From: Chiloscyllium plagiosum
Taxonomy: Eukaryota
DNA: 64,000 nucleotides
Assembly (NCBI RefSeq): GCF_004010195.1
Contig: NC_057717.1
Coordinates: 105,065,904 to 105,129,903, forward strand
Direction: 5' to 3'
The notes under the pieces were generated by a model. It saw only the letters and a list, made by a program, of their open reading frames with translations, searched no databases and was not told the origin of the DNA. A program made the position numbers and the translations under genes. Each line of letters begins with the position of its first letter. Positions within the stretch are counted from its first letter, which is position 1. Of the stretch, positions 1-12,900 are shown one piece after another.

Positions 1-2555
1 TTGGTCCTGCAAATTGTTCCCTATACGAATGTCTGGGGGCTAATTCCAAAATTGGGACAGCTGTCTCACAGACTAGTCATGCAACAGCCTTACATAGTCA
101 TATTCACAGAATCATACTTCACAGATATCCCAGACACCACTATCACCATCCCTGGACATGTTCTATCCCACTGGCAGAACAAACACAGCAGAAACAGCAA
201 CACAGTAGTAAACAGTCAAGAGGGAGTTGTTCTAGAAGTTCTTAACATTGACTCCAGACTCATGATATCACATGGCTTCAGGTTAAACATGTTCATGGAA
301 ATTTCCTGCTGATTATCATATACCATCCTCCCTCAGCTAATGGACTCCTCCATGTTGAACAACACTTTGAGGAAGTACCTAAGGATGCAAAATGTACAGA
401 AAATGGGGGATTTCAATGTCTACCACTAAGAGTGGCTCATCACAGCACTACTGATCAAGTTGGCCAGGTCTTAAAGGACTTTGCTTAGTCTGCAGCAGGT
501 GGCAATGGAACAAATAAGAGGAAAAAACAGACTTGACCTCATCATTACCAATCCATCAGCTGTAGATGCATCTGATAATGATAGGATCAGTCATAATGAC
601 CATGGTACATGGTCCTTGTGGAGACGAAGTCCCGCCTTCACACTGACAATACCTTCTATCATGTTGTATATTATAACCATGCTAAATGGGATAGATTTTC
701 AATAGTCAACAATTCAAGACTGGGCACACATGAGGCCAATAGCAGCAGCAGCAGCAGAATTATACTCCAATACAATCTGCAACTTCACAGCACGACATAT
801 CTCCAACTCAACCATTACCTCCAAGCCAGGGGATCAACCCTGGTTCAATGAAGAGTGCAGGAAAGCATGCCAAGAACAGCATTAGGCATACATAGAAAAT
901 GAGATGTCAACCTGGTGAAGTTACTAAACAGGACTACTTGCAGGCCAATGGCACTAACAGCAATTAATAGACATAGCAACGAAGTGATTCCAACCAATGG
1001 ATCATTTCTGAGCTCTGCAGTCCTGCCATATCTAGACATGAATGTTGGAGGACAATTAAACAAGTCACTGGAGGAGGCAGCTCTACAAATATCCCCATCC
1101 TCAATGATGGAAGAGCCTGATATTTCAGTACAAAACATAAGGCTGAAGCATTTGCATCAATCTTCGGCCAGAAGTGCCAAAAGGATGATCCATTTCAGCC
1201 CCTTCCAGTCGTATCCAGCAAACAGATGCCAAATGTCCAATTCAATTCACGCTACGTGCTATCAAACAATAGTTGGAGGCACTGGATTCTGCAAAAGCTA
1301 TGGATCCTGACAACATTCCAGCAATAGTACTGAAGACTTGTGCTCCAGAACTTGATGCACCTCTAGCAAAGCTGTTCCAATACAACTACAACACTGGCAG
1401 CCACCTGACAATGTGGAACATTTCCCAGGTATGTAATGTACACAAAATTTAAACTGGTTCAAAAATGGACAAAAGCACTAAATTTCAGAGGCCAGGCAAG
1501 AGTGACAGCCCTTGACATCAAGGCTGCATTCGACTAAGTGTTGCATCAAGGGGCTGAGCAAAACTGGAACCAATGGGAATCAGGGGCAAATCCACTGGTT
1601 GGAATCATGTGATTGTGATTGTTGGAGGACAGTCATCTCAGCTCCAGGATACAGCTGCAGGAGTTCCTTAGGGTAATGTCCTTGTCCCAACCACCTACTT
1701 CACCATAAGGTCAGAAGTGGTGTGTTTATTGATGATTACACAATGCTCAGTACTGTTTATGATTCACGAGATACTGAAGGAGTCCATGTTTAAATGCAAC
1801 AAAATTTGGACAACAAATAGACTTGGGCTGAAAAGTGACAAATAACATTCAAGCAACACAACTGCCAGGCAATGACCATCTCCAATAAAGTCAATCTAAG
1901 CACCGCCCCTTGACAATCAATAGAGTTCCCATCACTGAATCCCCCACTATCAACATCCTGAGGGTTACCATCGACCTGAACTGGACTCACCACATCAATA
2001 CTGTGGTTACAAGAGCAGGTCAGAGGTTAGAGATACTGTAACAAGTAGCTACCTTTTGACTCCCCAAAAGCCTGAAAACCATCTACAAGGCACTAGTCAG
2101 GAATGTGATGGAATATTCTCCTCTTGTCTGGATGGATGCAGCCCCAACAACACTCAAGAAGCTGGACACAATCCAGGAAAAAGCAGCCTGCTTGATTAGG
2201 ACCCCATCTACAAGCATCTCTCCACCACCAACATTCAATAGTAACAGTGTGTACCATCTACAAGATGCACTGCAGAAATTCAAAGATGTCATAGTTGTGG
2301 GTATGTTTGCTGAGCTGAGAAGTTGATTTACAGATGTTTCGTTCCCTGTCTGGATACCATCTTCAGTGCTTTGGAGCATCCTGTGAAGTACTAAGTCTTC
2401 TGGAATTTGTTTAGTTCTGTTCCAGCTGCTTCTGGTTGTCAGTTCCCAAAGATCCTTAGACAGCACCTTCTAAATGCATTACCATTTCCATCTAAAGGAC
2501 AAGAGCAGCAGATACATGGGAACACCAACACCTGTAAGATCCCCTCCAAGCCAGT
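1..2555 (+). mobile_element. Decayed CR1-group LINE (APE endonuclease, RT, 3' tail)
   Basis: Frameshifted fragments QQPYIVIFTESY (endonuclease), NRLDLIITN, GPDNIP..VLKTCAPEL, ALDIKAAFD, MEYSPLVWMDAAPTTLKKLDTIQEKAACLI. Confidence 0.85.
2288..2445 (-). mobile_element. Penelope-like element terminal fragment with hammerhead-like core, nested in the LINE
   Basis: Minus strand GCA CTGAAGA TGGTATCC AGACAG GGAAC GAAACATC TGT; homologous to 21950-22085; CAAAGAT on both sides. Confidence 0.65.
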
Positions 2556-2559
2556 CATA

Positions 2560-4095
2560 CTCCCCTACTCTCCCATTACCATTAATCGGGGGATCAACCC
2601 TGGTTCAATGAAATTATACAGATAAGCATACTAGGAACACCACACAAATATAAAAATGAAGTATCAAGCTGGCGATGCTACATCACAGGACTATTTCATG
2701 CTAAATTTGTATGCCAGGGCAGTATGGTGACTCACTGTTTAGTACTGTTGCCTCACACCACCAGGGACCCAGATTTGATTACAGTCTTGCGTGACTCTCT
2801 GTGAAGGGGTTGCACATGCTACCCATGTCTGCGTGGGCTCCTGCCAGGGGCTTTGATTACCTCCCACAGTTAATAATGATGTGCAAGTTATGTAGACTGA
2901 TCATACTAAATTTTCCATACCATCCAGATGTACAGGCCAAATGCATAAGCCATGGTAAATGCAGGATAATGGGCGGGATATCTGGGTGTGATGCTTTTCA
3001 GAAGGTCGATGCAGGCTCAATGGGCTGAATGGTCTCTTTCCACACTGTAAGGATTATGATTCTATAAACAGTATAGGTTGTTGCAGCAAAATAATAGGCA
3101 GGACTCTGTGATTCTATAACCAATGGATCAACTCTAAGCTTTGCATTTCTGCCATATCCAGTTACGAATTATGACGGACAATTAAACAACTTGATGGGCC
3201 AAAGGACCTTTTTTCTGTGCTGTAGACCTCTATTACTAACTCACTGGAGGAAGAGGCTCAACATATATCCTCAGTGACACTGGAACCCAACACATCAGTG
3301 TGAAAGATAGCATTGAAGTATTTGCAGCAATCTTCAGCCAGAAGTGCCAAATGGATGATTCATATCAGCCTCCTCCAGAGGTCTCCAGCATCACAGCAAT
3401 CTTCAGCCAACTTAATTCATTGTACATGATATTAATAATCAGCTGAAAGTACTGTATACCACAAAGACTATGGTCCCTGACAACATTCTAGCAATAGTAT
3501 TGAAGACATGCTCCAGAACTTGCCATGCCTCCTAATCAAGCTGTTCCAGTACAGCTGCAACACTAGTATCAAACTATCAATGTGGAAATTTGTCAAGCCA
3601 TGTCCTGTATACAAAACATAGAACAAACCAAACCCACCTTATCAGTTAACTCTTGATCATCAGTAAAGTGATGGAAGGGGTCATCAAATATCACAATCAT
3701 AGGAATAAATTGCTTACTGATATTCAGTTTTGGTTCCATCAGAGCCACATTACAGCCTTGTCTGAAACATGGTCAAAAGATGTGAATTCCAGATGTGATG
3801 TAACATCAAGGCCATATTTGACAGATTGCACGATCAAGGAGCTCTTGAAAAATTACAATCAATGAGAAGCAGGTGTAAAACTCTTTGATGTTTGGAGTCA
3901 TATCTAGCACAAAAGAAGGTGGTTGTGGTTGATAGAGGTCAGTCGACTCAGCCCAGGATATCTTCAGGACTTCCTCAGGATAGTGAGCTAGGCCCAATCA
4001 TTTTTAACTGCTTCATCAATGAACTTTCCTCCATCACAAGGTCAAAATTGGGGATGATGGCACAATGCTCAGAACCATCCACGGCTCCTCAGAAG
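2560..4095 (+). mobile_element. Second copy of the same CR1-group LINE, interrupted by a SINE
   Basis: Repeats sequence of 830-1750 (GGGGATCAACCCTGGTTCAATGAA, CCTGACAACATTC.AGCAATAGT); RT remnant SGLPQDSELGPIIFNCFINEL. Confidence 0.8.
2716..3065 (+). mobile_element. Diverged HE1-like tRNA-derived V-SINE
   Basis: GGCAGTATGGTGACTCACTGTTTAGTACTGTTGCCTCAC head; body homologous to 19492-19811; ATGATTCT tail. Confidence 0.75.
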
Positions 4096-4476
4096 CTGTC
4101 CCTTTCAGTTTGGGGTTGCAGGAACATAAAGTGTCATTATTATAATGGTCCTTCTCAGTCCTACCTTTCTGCAGTAAGTTTAATTTTCTTTAACAGAATA
4201 AAGTGAGAAAAAGTTTTTAAACTTATAGGAAACCTAATTGCCATTCATTCAATGCTTACAGTGGAACGACACAAATCACCCAGTAACCAAAGGCAATTTG
4301 CAACTGCCAGGGTGACTGTATTTATATTTTGTTACAATTTTTTAGATTACTTAACACTTGTAGCAGTGTGCAAGATAAATCATTTTTATACTCCCAGCAA
4401 ATTATGGTTCCCTTCTTTATACGTGACGCAACCATCTTCAAAACAGTGCTTTCCTTCAACTTACTATAAACAAAGG

Positions 4477-4614
4477 GGAACATGAGGACTGCAGATGCTG
4501 GAGATCAGAGTCAAAAGTGTGGTGCTGGAAAAGCACAGCAGGTCGGGCAGCATCCGAGGAGCAGGAGAATTGACGTTTCAGGCAAAAGCCCTTCATCAGA
4601 ACCCTTCATCTATG
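4477..4614 (-). mobile_element. Short Penelope-derived insertion with hammerhead core
   Basis: 14-bp TSD ACTATAAACAAAGG (4463-4476, 4615-4628); minus strand CTGATGA AGGGC TTTT GCCT GAAACGTC. Confidence 0.8.
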
Positions 4615-6309
4615 ACTATAAACAAAGGCAAGATAATATCTACATTTCAAAAATTTTGATTAGTACATTTTAGTAACATTTCAAAAGTTTGCAAAGAAGG
4701 CAAAACAACTTCTCCTCTAAATAAACTGCCACAATTATCTGTCAGAATTTACACAGTTGGTTGGTTACTTATTCTCCAATTCCCATGAAATAAAGCTATA
4801 AAACATAATGCTTATTTTATTATTGCTTTATTTGTCTATAATCTTGACTCTAAGGTATTGCTGTATTATACATGTAATGCAATATATATCACTGTCACTG
4901 ATGGAGCCAAGGAGAAACCTTTCAGTATGGCATATAATGTAAGCTCCATTGCAAAAGTAAGTAAGAGACCTGACAATGTCTTCATTACTGTTTTCAAGAA
5001 GAATTTGGTTTTGGGATAACCATAAGGTAGAATGTGTCAGTACAAGGAGACTGAACTTAGCTTCATGAAGAAGAAACAGATGGTTTCTTAGTTGGGTTCA
5101 ATAGAAAAGAAGTAGCAAAAGGGCACCGAGTTTGTAGAATTCTCCAGACTAAGATAGTTTGGTTTGTACAAATCTCATAATTGGAAAGAAGTATCCAGGC
5201 TAGCAGGGCTGGAAATATGTCTTCAGGTCATGAGAGTTGAAAAGGAGGCTTAAGCAGTCCAAGAAGGAGAGCTGGAGGGTGTCACTTGAGTAAAAATTTA
5301 GAAAGTTAAAGTGATGCTTCTCTAGGATTGTGCAACAACAAGGACATTGATGGGAAAAGAGTTGAATCTTCTTACTATTAGTGGTAAAACCTTTCTAAAT
5401 TGTCATATGTCTAATTTTTTAATCTTATGTGTAATCAATTTTCATTCATTTATTAAAAGAACATTGACAACTTCGTATGAATTTGCTCAGTGACCGACCA
5501 CCGCAGTAAGTAAACTGCAAAAACAAAACTTGCGATACAGCAAGTCTGGTTTCACTCTGAGATCTGATTTGTAACAAAAAATTAGGATTCACTTTAACAA
5601 CTCTCAAGTCCTCCTCCAAGCAATAATCAGCAACAACTTATTGAAAAATAATCCACTGAACAGAAACCAAAACCAGTGATTTTGTCTGATTGTATCGTAG
5701 TTTAATGGTTTTCATTATTTGATTAATTTGTCTCATGAGAATAAAACTATTTTGTGAGTATACAAATCCTGTTACTGTACACACATTCTATGCATTTACT
5801 GTTATTTACTCCAGCGAATCTTACTCATGGTGAACTGAAGGTATACCTCTAGTTTGCAAACTAGAGTTTGTGGACATTCGTGGGTTGAGAGGACAAAATC
5901 TTCATATTCTCCTGGGATTTCTACATTTATCGGCTTGCTAACATACTATCTCCATTATTGAATACAAATGAATAATTATAGTTGGAATGATAGAAATGTG
6001 TTAGTACTTGCCACAAATGGACCTACCTTGAAAGTTTAAAAGCAACCAGATTAAATAGGTACTAGCCACTCTCTGGTACCAGCTCAAGCGGTCATTTGTC
6101 CAATATAAACATAAATCAAGGGAATACACTTTAGAGCTGAATGTAGCTCTTTAAGGATGTGTGTAGATCCAGACCTTGATCAATTCAATTTGATGGCAAT
6201 TAAAGGACTGCCAAAGGACTTGTTTCATTTTTTTAAGACTTATATTAATATTGAATGATACTTATTCGTAAGTACAAATTTATAATTTTTAAAACCTTTA
6301 ATTGGTGTT

Positions 6310-6733
6310 TAGATTAGATAGATTGCCTACAGTACGGAATCAGCGCTGAAAATGTGTTGCTGGAAAAGCGCAGCAGGTCAGGCAGCATCCAGGGAACAGG
6401 AGAATCGACGTTTTGGGCATAAGCCCTTCTTCAGGAATCACAGGTAATTTGGCCCAACAAGTCCACACCGACCCTCCGAAGAGTAACCCACCCAGACTCA
6501 TTCCCCTACATTTACCCCCGACTAATGCACCTAACACTATGGGCAATTTAGCATGGCCAATTCACCTAACCTGCGCATCTCTGGACTGTGGGAGAAAATG
6601 GAGCACCCAGAGGAAATCCACGCAGACACAGGGAGGATGTACAAACTCCACACAGTCGCCTGAGGATGGAATCGAACCCAGGTCCCTGGCGCTGTGAGGC
6701 AGCAATGCTAACCACTGAGCCACCATGCTGCCT
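6310..6733 (-). mobile_element. HE1-like SINE containing a ~100-bp Penelope fragment (~6340-6440)
   Basis: Reverse complement of the SINE head at 6670-6733; TAGAT-repeat tail at 6310; insert homologous to 12531-12625. Confidence 0.8.
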
Positions 6734-9235
6734 GCTAAATTGTGGCTGTGTCTTATTTTTTATTATTATTGGCATTTCAGCCATAGCATTTCACTTAAGC
6801 TACTGCATTTTAGACTCAATTTTAAGATTGGCTCTTTTTGTTATTAAGGTTGGCAAACCTAGCCTGGGTGATATCAGAAAGACATTCACTATGAGAACAT
6901 CACAGCTAACTGGCTTTCTATTGTTTGTTTAGTTCATTATTGGAATAGAGATTCCATCAGTAAGACCTTCATATACTTCCAATATTTAACTGCCATTGAG
7001 AGGTGCTGATGAGACATCTTTAACCACTGAAGTCTATGGAGTTCAGGTGCTCTCACAGCATTATTAAAGTGGAACATTCCAAGATCTTAACTCAGCAGCT
7101 AAGAAATCAAATCTTGATAAGTACACAAGGTGTGCACATCCCAATAAGCATCCATTGATAGTCGTATGGAAATCTGGTAAAGACATCTTGCTAGCTCAGG
7201 AATATTCAGGATATGCAATTCATATGACTGATGATAAAATTCCTCTGGCAGTTGTGTATTCACAAATTGAACAAGAACATCATGTGCGAAGTAGGTCTAA
7301 AGTTCAAGGACGCTTTGAAGACAAACCTCAGGAAGTTTGGAATAACCACCACAAACTGAGAGAAATGTTCATAAGAACAAATTACCTAAGGAACAATCTC
7401 TGGAGGTTGTGATGGACAGCTAACAATAGAAAAGAAGTGTTATGATCCCAGCTGATAATATTACTGGACAAGTCAGATCACAGACAAATTTTTTTTAAAA
7501 CAGTGGGTATTTCATTGAAACTCAACCAAGTAAATGCTGGACCTTTAGTTTTAACAATAAAACAGAATTTTATTGCACAAAAGAAAAGGTAAACTAAAAT
7601 AAACCAAGCTATGTGCATGTAACACAATTCAAAAGATTTCAAAACACAGAAAAAATAGAATCTGACCTGTCTCAATACTATCACTTAACAATACTCAAAG
7701 ATGAGAGAGAATCCCTTCTCTATCATATCTATAGGTTTAATTAACTGTTTCTTTTAACCAGTCTTAAGAGTTCGGTAGCTTCTTTGTTGATTAGTCACAC
7801 AATTGATCTTAGAATTTCTCAGCTTCAAACAACTCCTCCTGATCTGGAATGCTCATACTAAAACCCTTACAGCTGAAGTAACTTATTTCTTAACAGTTCT
7901 CAGCTACCTCTTTTCTTCAGGAGAGGCCATTTCATGCATCTAACTGCATCAGAATTTCTGCAAACGGAAAACAAAAGCTTTCCAAGCTACCAGTTACAAT
8001 CATAGAATCCCCACGATGTGGAAGCAAGCCATTCAGCCCATCAAGACCATACTGACCTCCGAAGAGCAACCTACCCAGACCCTAGTGAGATAAGATTAAC
8101 TAATTTGCCGTAAATCATGGATTCAAACTGAAACATTCCTAATCCGTATGACTCAACATCACACTCAAGAGTTCATTTCACCATTGAGAAATAAAAAGTC
8201 TTGGCAGATTTCAATGTAAGGAGTTAAAACTAAACATAAACTTCAGGTGAAGTTGGGTGGAAAGTCATGAGACAAGCAACATTTAATTCAGTTCCAATTT
8301 CAGTTTATAGTCTTACATTCTTTCATCGTCTTGTCTTTTGGTTTAAACATGTTTACAGAATGCAGAGGAACTAAAATGGTTTACAGATACAAAATGGAGA
8401 CTGCCACTACCAAAAGGAGGATAAATTTATACTGCAACAAGTTTACAGAGATAGTTTCTATTGTCAACAGGCATGTTGGTTTAGTTTAAAAAGAAATGGG
8501 CTGCACACTTTTCCAATGTATTATTGTGTAATAATCATACTATTTCTGGAAATTAATTGTTGACTATTGTATGAAAAATTTGCTCCAATTCTCAGATGAT
8601 CATTAATACTTCAATGGCACTAACACCAGCCACACAGAGCACATTAATTGCCAATATCTGTTATTTGTTACTAAAATTGAATTTTTCTGATAGTAGTTCC
8701 ATCACCCCACGAACCCATCACACAGATTAGCAGAAAATAATGGATTTCAAGATCACTCATACTTGTGAAACAGCTAGAACTTTGTATTTGTTATTGTGGG
8801 TCATAAAATAACACAAACACCTCGACTGGATTCCATTCTGTAATTCACTCCTGGGTGCCCATTATTCCTTTTTATTCCTTTTATAGACTAACCAAACCAC
8901 TCAGTAAAATTTCATCCTATAATTTACTCATAGGCATCCATTCATCTATAAATAATCCATCAATAGCTCTTCATTAAACTGTCACTTTGCTCAGTTGGCA
9001 TTTCAGACTCAGAAATTGGTTCAAGTGGGTTCATCTATTTTTGATGTTATTAACTGCAGGAAGAATATTGTCAAGATCTTAGAAAACTTGCCACTTTTCT
9101 TCAAATTGTGCCATGGGACTTTTAACATACACATGAGCCACAAGAAAAGATATGAGCTTGTTGTAATATCCTTAAAAAGCACATAATATGTTTGTGTAGT
9201 ATTGAATAAATGCTATCCTATAAATTCTGTGTCCT

Positions 9236-9342
9236 ATTATCCTGCCCCACTAGCTACCTGATGAAGGAGTAGCACTTCGAAAGCTTGTACTTCCAAATAA
9301 ATGTGTTGGACTATAATCTGGTAATGTGTGATTTTTAACCTT
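9236..9342 (+). mobile_element. Penelope-like terminal fragment (third family) with hammerhead core
   Basis: TAC CTGATGA AGGAG TAGCA CTTC GAAAGCTT GTA, then AATAAA and TGTTGGACTATAA; homologues at 10575-10735 and 14330-14510. Confidence 0.7.
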
Positions 9343-9949
9343 ACCCTAAAGAAGATGAAACCTTTGTAAATTTTAAAGTAGAGAGATCTACTGGTATCCA
9401 TCCAACATTCTCTTGAGATCATAATAGTAAATGCATCAACGTATCCTTCATCTCAGCACTTTTTTGTGAGGTCTTACTACATGAAAAATGCTTGCACTTA
9501 TGCTTTAAATTTAATTATTCAACCTGAAGTGTTTTGCAGACTAAAATCTTATCATTTACTGCTGAAGTTTACTCTTCTGAAATAAAGGAAGCAGGATAAG
9601 CAAGAACTGACCTCTTTGGCACAGCAGTAAATATCGCTAAATATTTTTGTTCCTGAAATTTAGATTAAAATGATCAAACTTTTGTTTTTGGATTTGTATT
9701 CTTGGTATCCATTCTTAATCATTATGTACATAAGGTCTGAACAGTGGCCAAAATATAATCTGAATTCGAATGGTCTTGTCTGTTTTTTTTTCTAGAGAAG
9801 GTAGGGCTGGATCCTACTTTCTGCCCAAGCTTATCTGCTTTCTTTGAAGATGATAAAACAAAAAGCAATGTTGAGTAAGTCAGGACAGCTGCTGTAGTAA
9901 GCTGTATTGCCATGTAAAAGGCAAAATGCAGTTTGACCTTGTGTTGTTG

Positions 9950-10992
9950 GAAAAACGTAGTGACAGAACAGTACAGCACAGAAATAGACCCTTCACCTAA
10001 CAATGTTGTGCTGAACATCACGCCAAGTGAAACTAATCCCCTCTGTCTACCTATGGTCCATAACCCTCCATTCCTTATTTATTCATGTGCTTATCGAAAA
10101 GTCCCTTCAACACCCCTATTGTATCTGGCTCCACCACTACCCCAGCAGTTTGTTCCAGGCACCTTCTATTCTCTGTGTAAAAAACTTACCCCTCACATCT
10201 CCTTTGAACTTTCCCCACTTACCTTAATGTATGCCCTCTAGTGTTAGACATTTCAATTCTTGAAAAAACATTCTGTCAACCTTATCTATGCATCTCATCA
10301 TTTTATAAATTTAAATCAGGTTTCCCTTCAGCTTCCATTGCTCCAAAGGAAACAATTCTAATCTGTCCAGCTTCTGCTTATTTATAGCTCATACCCTCTA
10401 ATCCAAGCAGTATCCTGATAAACCTCTTCTGTATTCTTTCCAAAGTCTCCACATCCTTCCTGTAGTGTGGTAACCAGAATTGAAGACAATGCTCCAAGTG
10501 CGGCCCAGCCAAGTTTTTATAAAGCTGCAACATCACGACCTGACTCTTGTACTCAACTAATTAATCCATTAATGGTAGCCATGATGTGGAGGTGCTGTGT
10601 TGGACTGGGGTGGACAAAGTTAAAAAATCACACAACATCAGGTTATAGTCCAATAGGTTTGTTTGGAAATTAGTACTTCCAAATAAACCTGTTGGATTAT
10701 AACCTGGTGTTACATGATTTTTAAACTTTGTCCAACCAATAAAGGCAAGCATGCCAAATGGCTTCTTTATCACCCTATCTACCTGTGTGGCCACTTCCAG
10801 GGAGCTATCAACTTGAACCCCAAGATCCCTCTGTACGTCAATGCTGTTAAGGGTCCTGCCATTAACTGTACACTTTCCCCTAACATCTGATCGCCCAGAG
10901 CACAACACCTCACACTTGCTGGGATTAACCTCCACCTGCCATTTCTCCACATATTTTCAACTGATCTATATCTCACAATATCCCTTGACAAC
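9950..10992 (-). mobile_element. CR1 LINE 3' end (RT C-terminus and 3' UTR) with fold-back Penelope insert at ~10575-10735
   Basis: KWQVEVNPSKCEVL...QRDLGVQVDSSLEVATQVDRVIKK; insert is an inverted repeat (GGACAAAGTTAAAAAATCA / TGATTTTTAAACTTTGTCC). Confidence 0.85.
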
Positions 10993-11129
10993 CTTTGTGC
11001 AAAAATCCAAGCAAATAATTTGTATCAGAGAATGAATAATGACTCTAACATGTAAGCATAGTTATACATTGCAATAATTTTTGATCCATTATGTTTTGCA
11101 ACCAGGGAAAAGAACCTCTTTTTCTAATC

Positions 11130-12900
11130 ATTACATGTCTCCCCTTACTTAAGAAGGATATACTGGCACAGAGGGAGCCCAACAAAGGTTGACTGGACTG
11201 ATCTTAGGATGCCAAGATTGTCTGAAGGAGTAATCAAGAAGTCTAGCCCTGTATTCTGTAGAGTTTAGAAGTAAGAGAGGGACCACATTGATATTTGCAT
11301 AGTCCTTCTAGGTCTCAACAGGGTACATGCACAAAAGATGTTTCCCTTGGCTCAGGTGTCCAGAATTTGCGAACACAGATTCAGAATAAAGGGTAAGCAT
11401 TTAGGACAAAGGTGAGGAGGCATTTCTTCACTCAGGGTTGGTGAACCTTTGGATTTCTCTACCCCAAAGAACTGTGGAAGCTCATTCATTCAATTTAAGA
11501 CATTTCGCTACATTTCTAGTTTTTGAATACATTATTGGATATGGGGATATGGATTCAGTTCCCCTCTTTCTGACCACTGCTCACTTGATCACAACAAATA
11601 TTTGATTTCTTTTTAGCATGCAGCTACATCACACATATCATTTAAAATATGTGTGATGTAGCTAGATCAACGTCTCTTCATTGGAGTTAGTCCTGGGACA
11701 GCTCACAAGATTGATCCCAGGTACGGAGGGGTTTCCTTATGAGAAGAAGTTGAGTAGGTTGGGCCTGTGCCCATTGGAGTTTAGAAGAATGAGAAGTGAA
11801 CTTATGAAAACATATAAGATTTTTAGAAAGCTTAAAAAAGAGTAGATGCTGTAAGGTTGTTTCCCACTGTAAGAAACTTTGAGATCAGCGGGCATAATCT
11901 CAAAGCAAAATGTCACCTATTTAACAGAGGTGGAGGAATTTCTGCTTTCACAAGGTAGTGATTTGTGGATTCTTTTTAATGCAGAAAACTGTCAAGGCTG
12001 GATTATTAAGCATATTCAAAGATGTAGTAATTGAGATGTAGAAAGTGGAGTTGAGGATTATCAGATCAGCCATGATATTACCATTTGGTGGAGTAGACCA
12101 AATGGCCTACTTTTGCTTTAACATTTTATGGTCTTAGGAACATAGGAACACAAGTAGGCCATTCTGCCCATTGAGCCTGCTCTGCCATTTAATATACTCA
12201 GCTGATTAAATACTTCAAAGTCTTCAAGACACTCCAAGTTTAACAAAAAGAAGAGATAAAAGGGATAAATGAGAATATACTAAACTATCTACTTATAAAT
12301 TCAAATATTTTTAAACACACTATAAAGGCACAATATTTAATTTCAAAATAATTTCGAAGGAACTACAAAGTTTAACAACCTTCTGAATAAAATAAATTCT
12401 CTGCATCACTGTCTTAAATGGAATCCTCCCTATTTTTAAATTGTGCCCCTTAGTTCTAGTCTCCCCATCCAGAAGAAATGTCTTACCTGCATCCATCCTG
12501 TCTATTCCTTTAAGTATCTTTTTATTCTTAGATGGAAATGTGTTGCTGGAAAAGCGCAGCAGGTCAGGCAGCATCTAGGGAACAGGAGAATCGACGTTTC
12601 GGGCATTAGCCCTTCTTCAGGAAGGGCTTTTCCAGCAACACATTTCCATCTCTGATCTCCAGCATCTGCAGACCTCAATTTCTCCTCTTTTTATTCTTAA
12701 GCAATCTAAAATGGCACCGGATTGTGGCAACAATTGAAGCTTTCATTCTATTTTACCGTATTATTCACTATAAAATGTAAGTGATAATAAATCATTCAAT
12801 TCAATAAGTCTTCTAGAGATCAAATCTATTCTTCAAAACTCAAAGAGATACAGACCAAAGATCATCCAATCTCTCTTCATACAACAGACTCGTCAACCCA
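11130..12900. mobile_element. Cluster of old CR1 3'-end fragments (+ ~11130-11550, + ~11700-12135, - ~12137-12900)
   Basis: GAGTTTAGAAGAATGAGAAG motifs; KILKGIDRMDAGKTFLLDGETRTKGHNLKI on the minus strand. Confidence 0.7.
12531..12685. mobile_element. Fold-back Penelope-derived insertion with intact hammerhead core
   Basis: 14-bp TSD TCTTTTTATTCTTA (12517-12530, 12686-12699); inverted arms GATGGAAATGTGTTGCTGGAAAAGC; minus strand CTGAAGA AGGGC TAAT GCCC GAAACGTC. Confidence 0.85.
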